In this document: in pieces, positions 1 through 9,400 of the stretch | How the letters are laid out: each line of letters begins with the position of its first letter | Numbering within the stretch: the first letter of the stretch is position 1 | Made by a program: the position numbers and the translations under genes | The notes under the pieces: generated by a model | Databases searched by the model: none | Told to the model about the DNA's origin: nothing | What the model saw: only the letters and a program-made list of their open reading frames with translations | DNA from: Nostoc punctiforme PCC 73102 | GTDB taxonomy: Bacteria; Cyanobacteriota; Cyanobacteriia; Cyanobacteriales; Nostocaceae | Direction: 5' to 3' | Length of the DNA stretch: 32,000 nt | NCBI RefSeq assembly: GCF_000020025.1 | Contig: NC_010628.1 | Location: 1,050,001-1,082,000 of the forward strand

Positions 1-680
1 AAACATTTATCAGGCAACCAGGAAAAGGCAAAAAGGAAAACCAACAGCAACTAGGATGTTCATTAGTATTAAAATGAAATTTGTGCTGACACCTCTAAGA
101 ATTAGCATATTTTTTTTTGCCTTTTTGGTATGTAACTTTTCAGTTCTACTAATTATGACTTAGGTGTCTATAGCTGTAATTTTATTGACTGAAGCGTAGT
201 CTGATCTGGTATTTGACCTAATACATGGTAAAGTTAGCAAAATTTAGTATTTAAACTAAGTTTTTAGATTCAGCGCCAATTTATGCTAAAAATTGTTAAA
301 TATGCTTCTTTAATTCACTTTTTTTAGCGATCGCCTCGCCTACTCTCCATAAAATAGGCAATTTATAGTTTTCCTTCTGCTTTATCTAAATTAGTTCACT
401 GTCTAAATTTAGATTGTTTAGTTATGAATTTAAGTCTGCTTAGACCTATAAGCAGCAATAACTTTCATAAAATTCCAAAATTTATTAAGCTTTAAATAAT
501 AACACAATTTATTATTAGACCAAAAAAGTGACGTTATAAATCAAGTTTTGCAAATATATGTAACCAAATTACTGTGGTACTATTGGTAATGTGTGACTAA
601 AGCACCAGTATAAATTTTATCAAGCAAAAGCAGAAACGAGTGTTTGTTCTTCATTAAAAAAAACAAGCTTTTTTTACTTT

Positions 681-711
681 GTTAACCTATCCTTTACCTT
701 TACCTTAATCC
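681..711 (+). promoter_or_regulatory. Candidate Pho box (SphR/PhoB-type) upstream of pstS
   Basis: Three 8-bp direct repeats sit at about 11-bp phasing: GTTAACCT (681-688), CTTTACCT (692-699), CCTTAATC/CTTAATCC (703-711). They resemble the cyanobacterial Pho-box unit PyTTAAPyPy(T/A). A -10-like TATTCT follows at 720-725. The site lies about 55 nt upstream of the pstS ATG at 767. Confidence 0.5.
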
Positions 712-757
712 TTTAGGGGTATTCTTAGAGGCGCTCACCTGAAAAGTTACCCAAACA

Positions 758-1948
758 TTGATAGCGATGCCTTCACCTCTTAGTGTAACAAAAATTCATC
801 GCCTCACAGCTTCGGTTTCAGTGTTAGCACTGATAATCAGCCTAGCTGCATGTGGCGGACAGCAAAATCCAGATAATACAGCCACAAAGGATACCCCTTC
901 TGGCACTGCTACAGATACTACTGCCTCCAGTACAACCAAATTAGATTTGGGTGGAAATCTCAAGTTAAGCGGGGCTGGTGCATCTTTCCCAGCACCACTA
1001 TATGATACATGGTTTACCGATCTAAACAAAAAATATCCAAATCTGCAAGTTGACTATGCCTCAGTTGGTAGCGGTGCCGGAGTTGAGCAATTTATCAAAG
1101 GGACTGTAGACTTTGGTGCCAGTGATGTTGCCATGAAGGATGAAGAAATCCAGAAGGTACCAGCGGATAGGGGCGTTATTTTACTGCCTGTAACTGCTGG
1201 TAGCATCGTGCTAGCTTACAACTTGCCAGATGTTGCAGAACTAAAGCTACCACGAGCCGTTTACGCTGATATTCTACTAGGCAAAATCACGTCTTGGGAT
1301 GATCCCCAAATTGCCAAGGCTAACCCAGGTGCAAAGCTTCCTAAAGAGAAAATCACAGTTGTTTATCGTTCAGATGGTAGCGGAACAACAGGTGTGTTTA
1401 CAAAACACCTCAGCGCTATTAGCCCGGAGTGGAAGACTAAAGTTGGTGAAGGCAAAACTGTCAACTGGCCTAGCGGAGTTGGTGCGAAGGGGAATGAGGG
1501 TGTTACCGCCCAAATCCAACAAACACAAGGTTCTATTGGTTATGTCGAGTACGGCTATGCCAAACAAAATAGTCTTAAGTTTGCTGCTTTGGAAAACAAA
1601 GGTGGTAAGTTTGTTGTTCCTAGTGAGGAGTCAGCCTCTAAAACTCTGGCATCAGTAACTCTACCGCCCGATCTCCGCGTCTTTATTTCCGACCCAGAAG
1701 GGGCCGATTCTTATCCCATCGTCACTTACACCTGGATTTTGGCTTACAAGAAATATCCCAATGCGGCAAAAGCTAAGGCAGTTGAAGCTGCGATCGAATA
1801 CGCTTTAACTGAGGGCCAAAAACAGGCTACAACATTAGGGTATGTTCCTTTACCCCAAAATGTGATCGCAAAGGTGGCTGCGGCTGCGGATCAAATTAGT
1901 CCAGACTATAAAATCGCTGTTGGTAGTGGTACTAGCGCTAGCAAGTAG
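758..1948 (+). CDS. pstS: Phosphate ABC transporter substrate-binding lipoprotein PstS
   Basis: 396-aa ORF with a lipoprotein signal (LALIISLAAC-GG lipobox). PstS-type motifs are present: GAGASFPAPLY, SDGSGTTGVFT, GSIGYVEYGYA. It is the first gene in a pstS-C-A-B order. The ORF opens with TTG at 758; the in-frame ATG at 767 is the likelier start. Confidence 0.93.
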   Translation: MIAMPSPLSVTKIHRLTASVSVLALIISLAACGGQQNPDNTATKDTPSGTATDTTASSTTKLDLGGNLKLSGAGASFPAPLYDTWFTDLNKKYPNLQVDYASVGSGAGVEQFIKGTVDFGASDVAMKDEEIQKVPADRGVILLPVTAGSIVLAYNLPDVAELKLPRAVYADILLGKITSWDDPQIAKANPGAKLPKEKITVVYRSDGSGTTGVFTKHLSAISPEWKTKVGEGKTVNWPSGVGAKGNEGVTAQIQQTQGSIGYVEYGYAKQNSLKFAALENKGGKFVVPSEESASKTLASVTLPPDLRVFISDPEGADSYPIVTYTWILAYKKYPNAAKAKAVEAAIEYALTEGQKQATTLGYVPLPQNVIAKVAAAADQISPDYKIAVGSGTSASK

Positions 1949-2021
1949 CTACAGTGAAGACATGAGGCATTGTTAGACAATAATTTTTAAACTGGTTATT
2001 AAACTAGTTTTAAAAGACGAT

Positions 2022-2056
2022 GAGGCAACAATTTCGTTTAGTTAGATGGTTGCCTC
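2022..2056 (+). promoter_or_regulatory. Intercistronic stem-loop between pstS and pstC
   Basis: Perfect 8-bp stem GAGGCAAC (2022-2029) / GTTGCCTC (2049-2056) with a 19-nt loop in the 147-bp pstS-pstC spacer. No T-run follows, so it is more likely an mRNA-stability or partial-termination element than a full terminator. Confidence 0.35.
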
Positions 2057-2095
2057 GCATATCTTCCTCTGATTTAATTGTGAAAGTCGGTAGTC

Positions 2096-3046
2096 ATGAC
2101 TACAAATTCTCAAAATCTTTCATCAGCGACAAAAAATCGCTCTGATGTAGAAAAATCTCTAGATCGCGGTTTTATCTGGCTAACTAAAATTTTTGCCTTT
2201 GGGGTTGCTGCCACTTTATTATGGATCGGCTTCCAAGTTGCAATTGCTTCTGGACCTGCCATCCAAAAGTTTGGTGCTAGCTTTTTAGCTAACACCACTT
2301 GGAACCCAGTTAATGATAGCTACGGGGTGCTACCTCAAATTTATGGAACTCTCTTGAGTTCTTTTATTGGTTTACTGATAGCTGTACCGATTGGAGTTGG
2401 TACTGCTATTGTACTAAGCGAGGATTTTTTACCCGCAAAAGTGAAGTTGGTACTAGTTTTTGCAGTAGAACTGCTTGCAGCTATTCCCAGCGTTGTCTAC
2501 GGCGTGTGGGGTATTTTTGTTTTAGTGCCTATTTTAACTAGCTTGGGAAAATGGCTCAATAGTTACTTTGGCTGGATACCATTTTTTAGCACCCCCCCTA
2601 CAGGACCAGGAATGTTACCAGCAGGAGTCATATTAGCAATTATGACTTTGCCCATCATCACAGCTCTATCGCGCGATGCTTTGATTTCTATACCCTCCAG
2701 TTTGCGCCAAGCCGCCGTAGGACTAGGAGCGACCCGATGGGAAACTATCTTACAAATTCTGATTCCAGCAGCCTTTTCGGGTATAGTTAGCGCTGTGATG
2801 CTGGCACTCGGTCGGGCAATGGGAGAAACAATGGCTGTGACAATGTTGATTGGTAATTCCAACAACATTAGTATCTCACTGTTAGCACCAGGCAATACGA
2901 TTTCTTCTCTACTAGCAAATCAATTTTCCGAAGCTAGTGGTTTGCAAGTTTCGGCTTTAATGTACGCTGCTTTAGTTCTATTCTTCTTGACCTTGGTAGT
3001 TAATATCATGGCCGAGTTTATCGTTCTGAGAGTCAAGCGACTGTAG
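2096..3046 (+). CDS. pstC: Phosphate ABC transporter permease PstC
   Basis: 316-aa polytopic membrane protein. It has an ABC-permease EAA-type loop (SRDALISIPSSLRQAAVGLGATRWE) and sits between pstS and pstA. Confidence 0.92.
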   Translation: MTTNSQNLSSATKNRSDVEKSLDRGFIWLTKIFAFGVAATLLWIGFQVAIASGPAIQKFGASFLANTTWNPVNDSYGVLPQIYGTLLSSFIGLLIAVPIGVGTAIVLSEDFLPAKVKLVLVFAVELLAAIPSVVYGVWGIFVLVPILTSLGKWLNSYFGWIPFFSTPPTGPGMLPAGVILAIMTLPIITALSRDALISIPSSLRQAAVGLGATRWETILQILIPAAFSGIVSAVMLALGRAMGETMAVTMLIGNSNNISISLLAPGNTISSLLANQFSEASGLQVSALMYAALVLFFLTLVVNIMAEFIVLRVKRL

Positions 3047-3065
3047 CTTAGTTTTGGGTTGAATT

Positions 3066-3947
3066 ATGACTTCTAGTTTTCCAGAGCGCAGTCTAACTCG
3101 CGCTCCTATGTCTCAAAGGACACTGTTTAATACAGTAATGACTGTAGTCGCATTTATCTGTGGGCTATTGGCACTTGTGCCTTTGCTAGCAGTACTTTCT
3201 TACGTCATTATTCAAGGTTTTAGCAGTTTGAGTCCCAGCCTCTTTTTTGAACTGCCACCCAAAGCTTTACAACAGGGGGGAGGCTTTGGCAATGCAATAT
3301 TGGGCACATTATTAATGGTAGGAATTGCTGCCCTAATTAGTATCCCATTTGGTGTTTTGGCGGCGATTTACATCACAGAATTTAGCTCGGCCCAAGTCGC
3401 GAGATGGGTACGTTTTGCGGCTAACGTCCTGAGTGGAGTGCCGTCAATCATTGCTGGAGTATTTGCCTATGGCATTGTAGTTTTGACACTAGTAAAGTTA
3501 AACTTAGGATCGTACTCTGCTTTAGGTGGAGGGTTTGCACTGGCAATTTTGATGTTGCCAATTATTGTCCGAACCACTGATGAAGCCTTGCAGTTAGTAT
3601 CGCAAGATTTGCGACAAGCATCTGTAGGGTTAGGGGCAACTAACTTTCAAACAGTAACACAAGTAGTTTTGCCAGCAGCTCTACCTGCGATTGTAACTGG
3701 GGCAACGCTAGCGATCGCCAGAGCATCTGGAGAAACCGCACCTTTACTATTTACTGCGCTATTTTCCAATTTTTGGCCTGGTAGCTTATTTGAACCCACA
3801 GCTTCTCTTGCTGTTTTGGTTTACAAATATGCTATTTCTCCGTTTAAAAATTGGCAATCACTAGCTTGGGCAGCATCTTTGATTTTGGTATTGATGGTTC
3901 TAATCACAAGTATCATTGCTCGCTGGGCTACTCGCAAAAAAGCTTAG
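3066..3947 (+). CDS. pstA: Phosphate ABC transporter permease PstA
   Basis: 293-aa polytopic membrane protein with a second EAA-type loop (TDEALQLVSQDLRQASVGLGATNFQ). It starts 19 nt after the pstC stop. Confidence 0.92.
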   Translation: MTSSFPERSLTRAPMSQRTLFNTVMTVVAFICGLLALVPLLAVLSYVIIQGFSSLSPSLFFELPPKALQQGGGFGNAILGTLLMVGIAALISIPFGVLAAIYITEFSSAQVARWVRFAANVLSGVPSIIAGVFAYGIVVLTLVKLNLGSYSALGGGFALAILMLPIIVRTTDEALQLVSQDLRQASVGLGATNFQTVTQVVLPAALPAIVTGATLAIARASGETAPLLFTALFSNFWPGSLFEPTASLAVLVYKYAISPFKNWQSLAWAASLILVLMVLITSIIARWATRKKA

Positions 3948-4004
3948 GGAAACGGCTTACACATAGCGGATTTGTATCGCTAAAACTAATACTGCACTTA
4001 ATTT

Positions 4005-4811
4005 ATGGCTACCAATATTAGCACAGTCAATGGTACTGAAACTGTTTTACGCACCGAAAACCTCAACGTTTACTACGGCAAATTTTTAGCCTTGCAGAAT
4101 ATTTGGCTAGATATACCAAAAAATCAGGTTACAGCCTTTATCGGCCCTTCTGGTTGTGGTAAAAGTACCTTGTTGCGATGCTATAACCGCCTCAATGACC
4201 TGATTGAGTCATTTCGGGCAGAGGGTAAAATACTTTTTTACGATAAAAACTTGTACGCATCCGATATTGATCCTGTAGAAGTACGTCGGAGAATTGGGAT
4301 GGTGTTTCAAAGACCAAACCCCTTTCCCAAATCAATTTATGACAACATTGCTTTTGGAGCCAAAATCAATGGCTACAAAGGTAATATGGATGAATTAGTA
4401 GAACGGAGTTTGCGGCAAGCGGCTTTGTGGGACGAAGTTAAAGATAAGCTACGACAAAGTGGTTCGTCTTTATCAGGTGGACAACAACAAAGGTTATGTA
4501 TTGCTCGTGCGATCGCAGTCCAACCTGAAATTATATTAATGGATGAACCTTGCTCCGCTCTTGACCCTATTTCCACCTTGCGGGTTGAAGAATTAATTCA
4601 TCAGCTGAAAGAGCAATATACCATCGTTATCGTTACCCATAATATGCAGCAAGCAGCGCGGGTTTCTGATAAGACAGCCTTTTTTAATGTCAAAACTACT
4701 GAGTCAGGAAGTCGTAACGGATACATGGTAGAATACGACGCAACAGAACTAATTTTCAACAATCCTCAGCAGCAAGATACCAGAGATTACGTTAGCGGCA
4801 GATTTGGATAA
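4005..4811 (+). CDS. pstB: Phosphate ABC transporter ATP-binding protein PstB
   Basis: 268 aa with Walker [13 protein letters not shown] signature LSGGQQQR and Walker B IILMDEP. The PstB-typical C-terminus YVSGRFG is present. Confidence 0.95.
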   Translation: MATNISTVNGTETVLRTENLNVYYGKFLALQNIWLDIPKNQVTAFIGPSGCGKSTLLRCYNRLNDLIESFRAEGKILFYDKNLYASDIDPVEVRRRIGMVFQRPNPFPKSIYDNIAFGAKINGYKGNMDELVERSLRQAALWDEVKDKLRQSGSSLSGGQQQRLCIARAIAVQPEIILMDEPCSALDPISTLRVEELIHQLKEQYTIVIVTHNMQQAARVSDKTAFFNVKTTESGSRNGYMVEYDATELIFNNPQQQDTRDYVSGRFG

Positions 4812-5101
4812 ATACTGCACATTGTTGATATTAGAGCAATGAGGGATACTCGGAAATCAGAGCTGTGCGAGATTCCTCTAGTTTTTTAATTTATTCGCCA
4901 AGGTTAGCGTAGGCGTAGCCCGCCGCAGGCATCGCTTAATCGATTATGGCTGTTTCTCGCTCAAGAAAAGCAAGAATTAAGCTGTTTAATACAATACTTG
5001 CATTAATTGGGTGGGGTACGACACCCAGTCCAAAAATTTTTAGTGAAAATATGAGGTGTATTTACACCGTGATGCACTAGGTGATTTTAAAGTTTTTTCT
5101 A

Positions 5102-5172
5102 AGCGGGCGGCGGGAATCGAACCCGCATTAATAGCTTGGAAGGCTATAGTTTTACCACTAAACTACGCCCGC
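5102..5172 (-). tRNA. tRNA-Gly (anticodon UCC)
   Basis: The reverse complement folds by hand into a full cloverleaf. Acceptor stem GCGGGCG/CGCCCGC; D stem GTTT/AAAC; anticodon stem ATAGC/GCTAT with loop CTTCCAA (anticodon TCC). Variable loop TAAT; T stem GCGGG/CCCGC with loop TTCGATT; discriminator U. No CCA is encoded. Confidence 0.93.
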
Positions 5173-5222
5173 AAATTTCCAACTTTATAAATATAACACA
5201 GTAGTTGGAAAAATTCAAGCGT

Positions 5223-6383
5223 CTAATTGGAATTAACAGGCTGGATTTTGATTCGTACAAACAAATTGCTCAAATCTGGTTTTGTGCCATCGTTGTTATG
5301 AGCGGCAAGAAAGTTTTCTGTCTTGAAAACATCATTGAGAATTCGTTCGTATGTGCTTTTTTCACTTTGTAGTGTTACAGGTTCTATTTCTAGAACTACA
5401 GCCTGTTGAAAGTTGCCATTGCGATCAATTATTAAACTAACAAGCATTTGTGCTGGCTTAACTTCAGAATCGCCAGGTAGAAAACTTGAGTCTAGTTGTT
5501 TTGTGTTGCTTCCCGTGTATGAAGCGATAACGTCGGGTAGAGCATCTTGTCGAAATCCTCTTGTTTGTATGAACTTAATCATTTCATCTCTAAGCAAAGG
5601 GGCTACTATTGCTACCGATGCTCCCCCAGTAGGAGTTGGTGGAGTTTCCCTAGTTGAAGTTGTTGGAATTTCTCTAGTCGAAGTTGGTGGAGTTTTTCTG
5701 TTTTCAGCTTCCGAAACTGGTGGATTTGATGGAATACCTGTTGGTAGTGCCGTTCCCTTTCCCAATTTGATTTCTTGACGGCGATTCCAAGGTAGATTAC
5801 CGATTGGAATTGTAGGTGTCGGTTTTGGTGTAACTGTTGCTTTTGGTGTAACTGTCGGTTTTGGCGTAACTGTCGGTTTTGGCGTAACTGTCGGTTTTGG
5901 CGTAACTGTTGATTTCAGTGTGGTTGTCGGTTTTGGTGTAGCTGTTGCTTTCAGTGTAACTGTCGGTTTTGGTGTAACTGTAGGAACTCTCTGTTTTCTA
6001 TTAGGTTGAGAGGCGTAAATTCGACTCTTTTGCTGGAGATTATCAGCAGAATTTATTGCGTCAAAATCTTGATTTCTTCTTGGCGTAGTTCGTGGTGAAC
6101 GCGCTGATACAGACTTTTGAGTTATGGATGCTGGCTTTTGCGAAACTCTTTTGACTGTTGATTTTGATTGAGGAGCAATATCTATCAATTCAATGGGAAC
6201 AGCAGATTGACTTTGCTGAGGAAACCACAGACTAAATGCATTAGATGAGCGCATCAGCCAGAATGCCAGCAAGTGCAGAGAGACTGAACCTATAACGACA
6301 GAAATCCACAAAGCTGGTGGATCCGTGTGTCGCCTCCAGACTTTGGTTGGAATTGGAGTTTTGTCTGCAACCAATGGTGTCAT
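5223..6383 (-). CDS. TonB-like membrane protein with Thr/Pro/Lys tandem repeats
   Basis: 386 aa with a single N-terminal TM helix carrying an S-x-x-x-H motif (GSVSLHLLAF), followed by PIELIDIAP. A long proline/lysine spacer with (TVTPKP)n comes next, then a roughly 120-aa C-terminal globular region. This is the TonB layout. Identity of the C-terminal domain as TonB_C is not verified. Confidence 0.55.
   Translation of the reverse strand: MTPLVADKTPIPTKVWRRHTDPPALWISVVIGSVSLHLLAFWLMRSSNAFSLWFPQQSQSAVPIELIDIAPQSKSTVKRVSQKPASITQKSVSARSPRTTPRRNQDFDAINSADNLQQKSRIYASQPNRKQRVPTVTPKPTVTLKATATPKPTTTLKSTVTPKPTVTPKPTVTPKPTVTPKATVTPKPTPTIPIGNLPWNRRQEIKLGKGTALPTGIPSNPPVSEAENRKTPPTSTREIPTTSTRETPPTPTGGASVAIVAPLLRDEMIKFIQTRGFRQDALPDVIASYTGSNTKQLDSSFLPGDSEVKPAQMLVSLIIDRNGNFQQAVVLEIEPVTLQSEKSTYERILNDVFKTENFLAAHNNDGTKPDLSNLFVRIKIQPVNSN
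5812..5984. repeat. About 9.5 tandem copies of an 18-bp unit (GTAACTGTCGGTTTTGGC) inside the TonB-like CDS
   Basis: Read directly from the sequence. Units start at 5812, 5830, 5848, ... Three consecutive units (5848-5901) are identical. The repeats encode TVTPKP. Confidence 0.9.
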
Positions 6384-6451
6384 ATTATATAAACTGGATA
6401 TGATTAGGCACTTTTACTCATTGCTAATGCTTTAAAATACCAGTCTAAATT

Positions 6452-9400
6452 TTAGCGATTAACCATTACCTCTGGTGTAACAGCAAAGGTCAAAACAGTT
6501 TCATCTACTCCTTTAAGCTCTAATGGACTACCTTTAGTAATTTCTTCTTCCTGCAAATAATCTGCCACGGCAGCAGAAACCAAGATAGTACCGGGAAGAG
6601 CGGCAGCTTGCAATCTGGCAGCAATATTCACACTTGGACCAATAGCAGTATAGTCGGCACGTTCAGCACTACCAAACATCCCCACAACAGCCGTACCTTG
6701 ATGAATACCGCACCGAAACTGTACGCTAGTAAGTCTGTCACCATCGAATACACCTTGCTCTCGCCAGCGCTGGTTCAAGTCAGCCAGTGAGCGGTGCATT
6801 GCTCTTGCTGTATTGATGGCACGACGTACCTGTTCATTGGGGGTTAGTTCTTCCGGCGCTCCATATAAAGCTAAAATAGCATCTCCCATAAATTTATCTA
6901 CAGTGCCGCCATTACCAAATACAACCTTAGTCATAGCTTCTAAATATTCATTTAGCAATTCTGCGACTCGCCGGGATCTGAGAGTATTTGATAGCTGTGT
7001 AAAACCCACGATGTCACTAAACAAAACTGTAATTAAGCGTGGTTCTGGGCGCAAATCTAATGTTAAATCTCCGGTTGCGGCTTTTTGCACCAATACAGCC
7101 GGTAAAAAGCGCTTTAATACTGATTCTGTTAAATAAGTATTTAACTCCACAATTCGTCGTTCATTTTCTTTTAATGCTAAAAGATTCCGAACTTCCGCTA
7201 AAAGTTCCCGGTCATTGAATGGTTTTGCTAAATAAGCATCCGCCCCATGTTCTGTACCTTCGATGCGGGTTTCTTCGTCAACTTTCGCTGTCAGTAGAAT
7301 AATGGGCGTTCCTTTCAGCTTTTCCTCATTGCGGATCATCTGAATCATCTCAAGTCCGCTCACCAAAGGCATCATTAAGTCAGTCACAATCAAGCTGGGT
7401 ATAATTTCCTTAGCTAAACTGTGCCCTTCATAACCGTTACGAGCTGTGCGTACATAATAACCGTTACGGCGGAAAATTTCAGATACATAAGTTCGCAAAT
7501 CCGGGTTGTCATCTACAACTAAAATTGAGTGCTGAGTCTTAAGTGCTGAGTCTTGAGTATCAATATTAGGAGAGAGATTTATTGTAATATCTTCAATATT
7601 GTCTGTTGTTGACTCTACCAGTTCTAAATCAGCCAATTCTACGCTAGCGCGGCTTGTATTCACTTCGGCAGGCGTTTCTAGTACTTGCTGTACGGGTAAA
7701 TGACCATTTCCAGTCACAAGCCATAAACTAAAGGTAGTACCTTGGCCGTAAACTGATTCCACAGTAACGTGGCCACCATGCAATTCTACCAATTCTTTAA
7801 CTAAGGCTAAACCCAAACCACTGCCTTCATAGGAACGGTTTGCTGAACCTTCAGCTTGGCGGAAGCGCTCAAATAGGTGGGGAATTTGTTCTTTAACAAT
7901 GCCAATTCCCGTATCTTGTACTTGTAATATGCAACGATCTTGTTCAGATTTTAGTCTGACACCGATCGTGCCACCTTCGGGGGTAAACTTCATGGCATTT
8001 GATAGAAGGTTATAAACCACCTTGTCGAATTTTTCCATGTCCAAGTATACCGGAGAACATTCATCTAACTGGGTGGCGAGATGCAGTCTCTTCTTCTCAC
8101 AGTAGGGACGAAAAGATTCCACAATTTGGCTGACAAATTCGACTAAATCGCAGGGATGGAAACTAGGCTGCATTCTTCCCGCATCTAGGCGTTGTAAATC
8201 CAGAAGTTGATTTACCAGTCGTAGCAAGCGCCGAGAGTTACGCAGGGCGATCGCACTTTGGGAGTAAGATAATCCTTCACCAGCCGCCACCGCTGACTCT
8301 AAAGGCCCTTGAATCAAGGTGATCGGTGTGCGGAACTCATGGGAGATATTTTGGAAAAATTCGGTTTTTTGTTTATCTAACTCCAGTAAGCGTTCAGCTT
8401 GTTGGCGAGTTTTTTGATACAGGTGTGACTGTTGCACAGCGATCGCCGCTTGAGCTGCTACTGCTTTCGCCAAATCGATATCAGATGGCAACCATTGACG
8501 TACTTTTTTACCTTCATGCAAGGTAATACTACCGATACATTTACCATCAGCCAATAATGGTACAAACATTAGCGATCGCGCTGGCATTTTTAACGGCAAA
8601 TTAAAACCCTGTATATCTGAGGGAGAATGGCTTACATTCCCAATTACCACAGGTTCATGTGTCTGTAGCATTTGTTGGAGGATGGGATTCTCTTGTATAG
8701 ATGATTGAGAATAGGGTAATCTCTGGGGTGATAGGTGGTTATTGTCTGGGGCTGGCGATGCCTGCGGCGGGCTGTGCCTACGTAAACTTTCCAAATGTTG
8801 AAAACTGTCATACAAGGCAACACACTCGACAAACTCATCTTCTTCTGTCCACAAAGACAGAACGCAACCATCGACCTGTAAAGCTTGTCCCAGTTGTTGA
8901 GTAATAGCCGCAAAGATATCTTGGGGGTCTAGACTAGAGCGAATCGCGCTAGTAATTGTATTAATTAAACTTTCTCGCTTGGCAAGGGCACGTACTTGTT
9001 CGTAAGCATAAGCTTGAGACAAAGCTAAGGCTGCCTGATCCGCTACCATCAACACTAGCTGCACCTCATCCTCTCCCCAGAAGCGGGGCACAGAACACTG
9101 GTGCAGTGCCAGCACTGCCATCAGTTCTTGTTGGCAGATCAATGGCACAACTAAACTAGAACAAATATTAGCCGCAGCAAAAGCTTCCCCACGTTCGCGC
9201 AGTTCGGGAGTATTACCGTGAATACGTTCATCATCGGTTATATCGTGAATCACTTGGACTTCGCGGGTTTCCCACACCGTCTGAGCCAAAACAGTCAGAG
9301 GGGTAGAAGGGGAGAGGGACACAGCAGAAGAATTATTTGCCTGTACCTCTGCTGGTGTGTGTTCCCCTGCTTCTTCTGAGAGAGCTTTCTGATAAATAAA

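Noticed and set aside
402-413. 12-nt perfect palindrome TCTAAATTTAGA with a nearby half-copy (385-392), and a 7-bp hairpin at 436-455, far upstream of pstS.
   Set aside because: Short AT-only palindromes are common in roughly 75% AT spacers. They lie about 350 nt from pstS and may belong to a gene outside the window. There is no further support.
1-757. Possible unannotated gene or RNA in the 757-bp region upstream of pstS.
   Set aside because: There is no ORF of 60 aa or more; the only ATG ORF I traced (60 to 7, minus strand) is 17 aa. I recognised no conserved RNA motifs (RNase P, tmRNA, SRP, 6S, Yfr1 core ACTCCTCACAC). The region is cut by the window edge, so nothing can be concluded.
4897-4940. 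GC-rich island (GCGTAGGCGTAGCCCGCCGCAGGCATCGC) in the AT-rich spacer after pstB, and the TAAGTCCT hairpin at 16446-16468 with another TAAGTCCTGT copy at 16284-16293.
   Set aside because: They look like fragments of small dispersed cyanobacterial repeats, but I cannot establish copy number or function from one window. Neither is followed by a T-run.
5102-5172. tRNA-Gly as a possible integration hotspot flanked by a genomic island.
   Set aside because: There is no integrase, no direct repeat of the tRNA 3' half elsewhere in the window, and the neighbouring genes (pst operon, cyaC) are core functions.
5413-5778. 121-aa plus-strand ORF antisense to the TonB-like gene.
   Set aside because: It is fully embedded in, and antisense to, a longer ORF with coherent membrane-protein architecture. 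Its product is low-complexity.
6608-8913. Several 60-107-aa ORFs on both strands inside cyaC (6608-6790, 6813-7136, 8326-8526, 8644-8913, 8701-8904).
   Set aside because: All are nested in the 1177-aa cyaC frame, whose motifs are continuous through these regions. None has motifs of its own.
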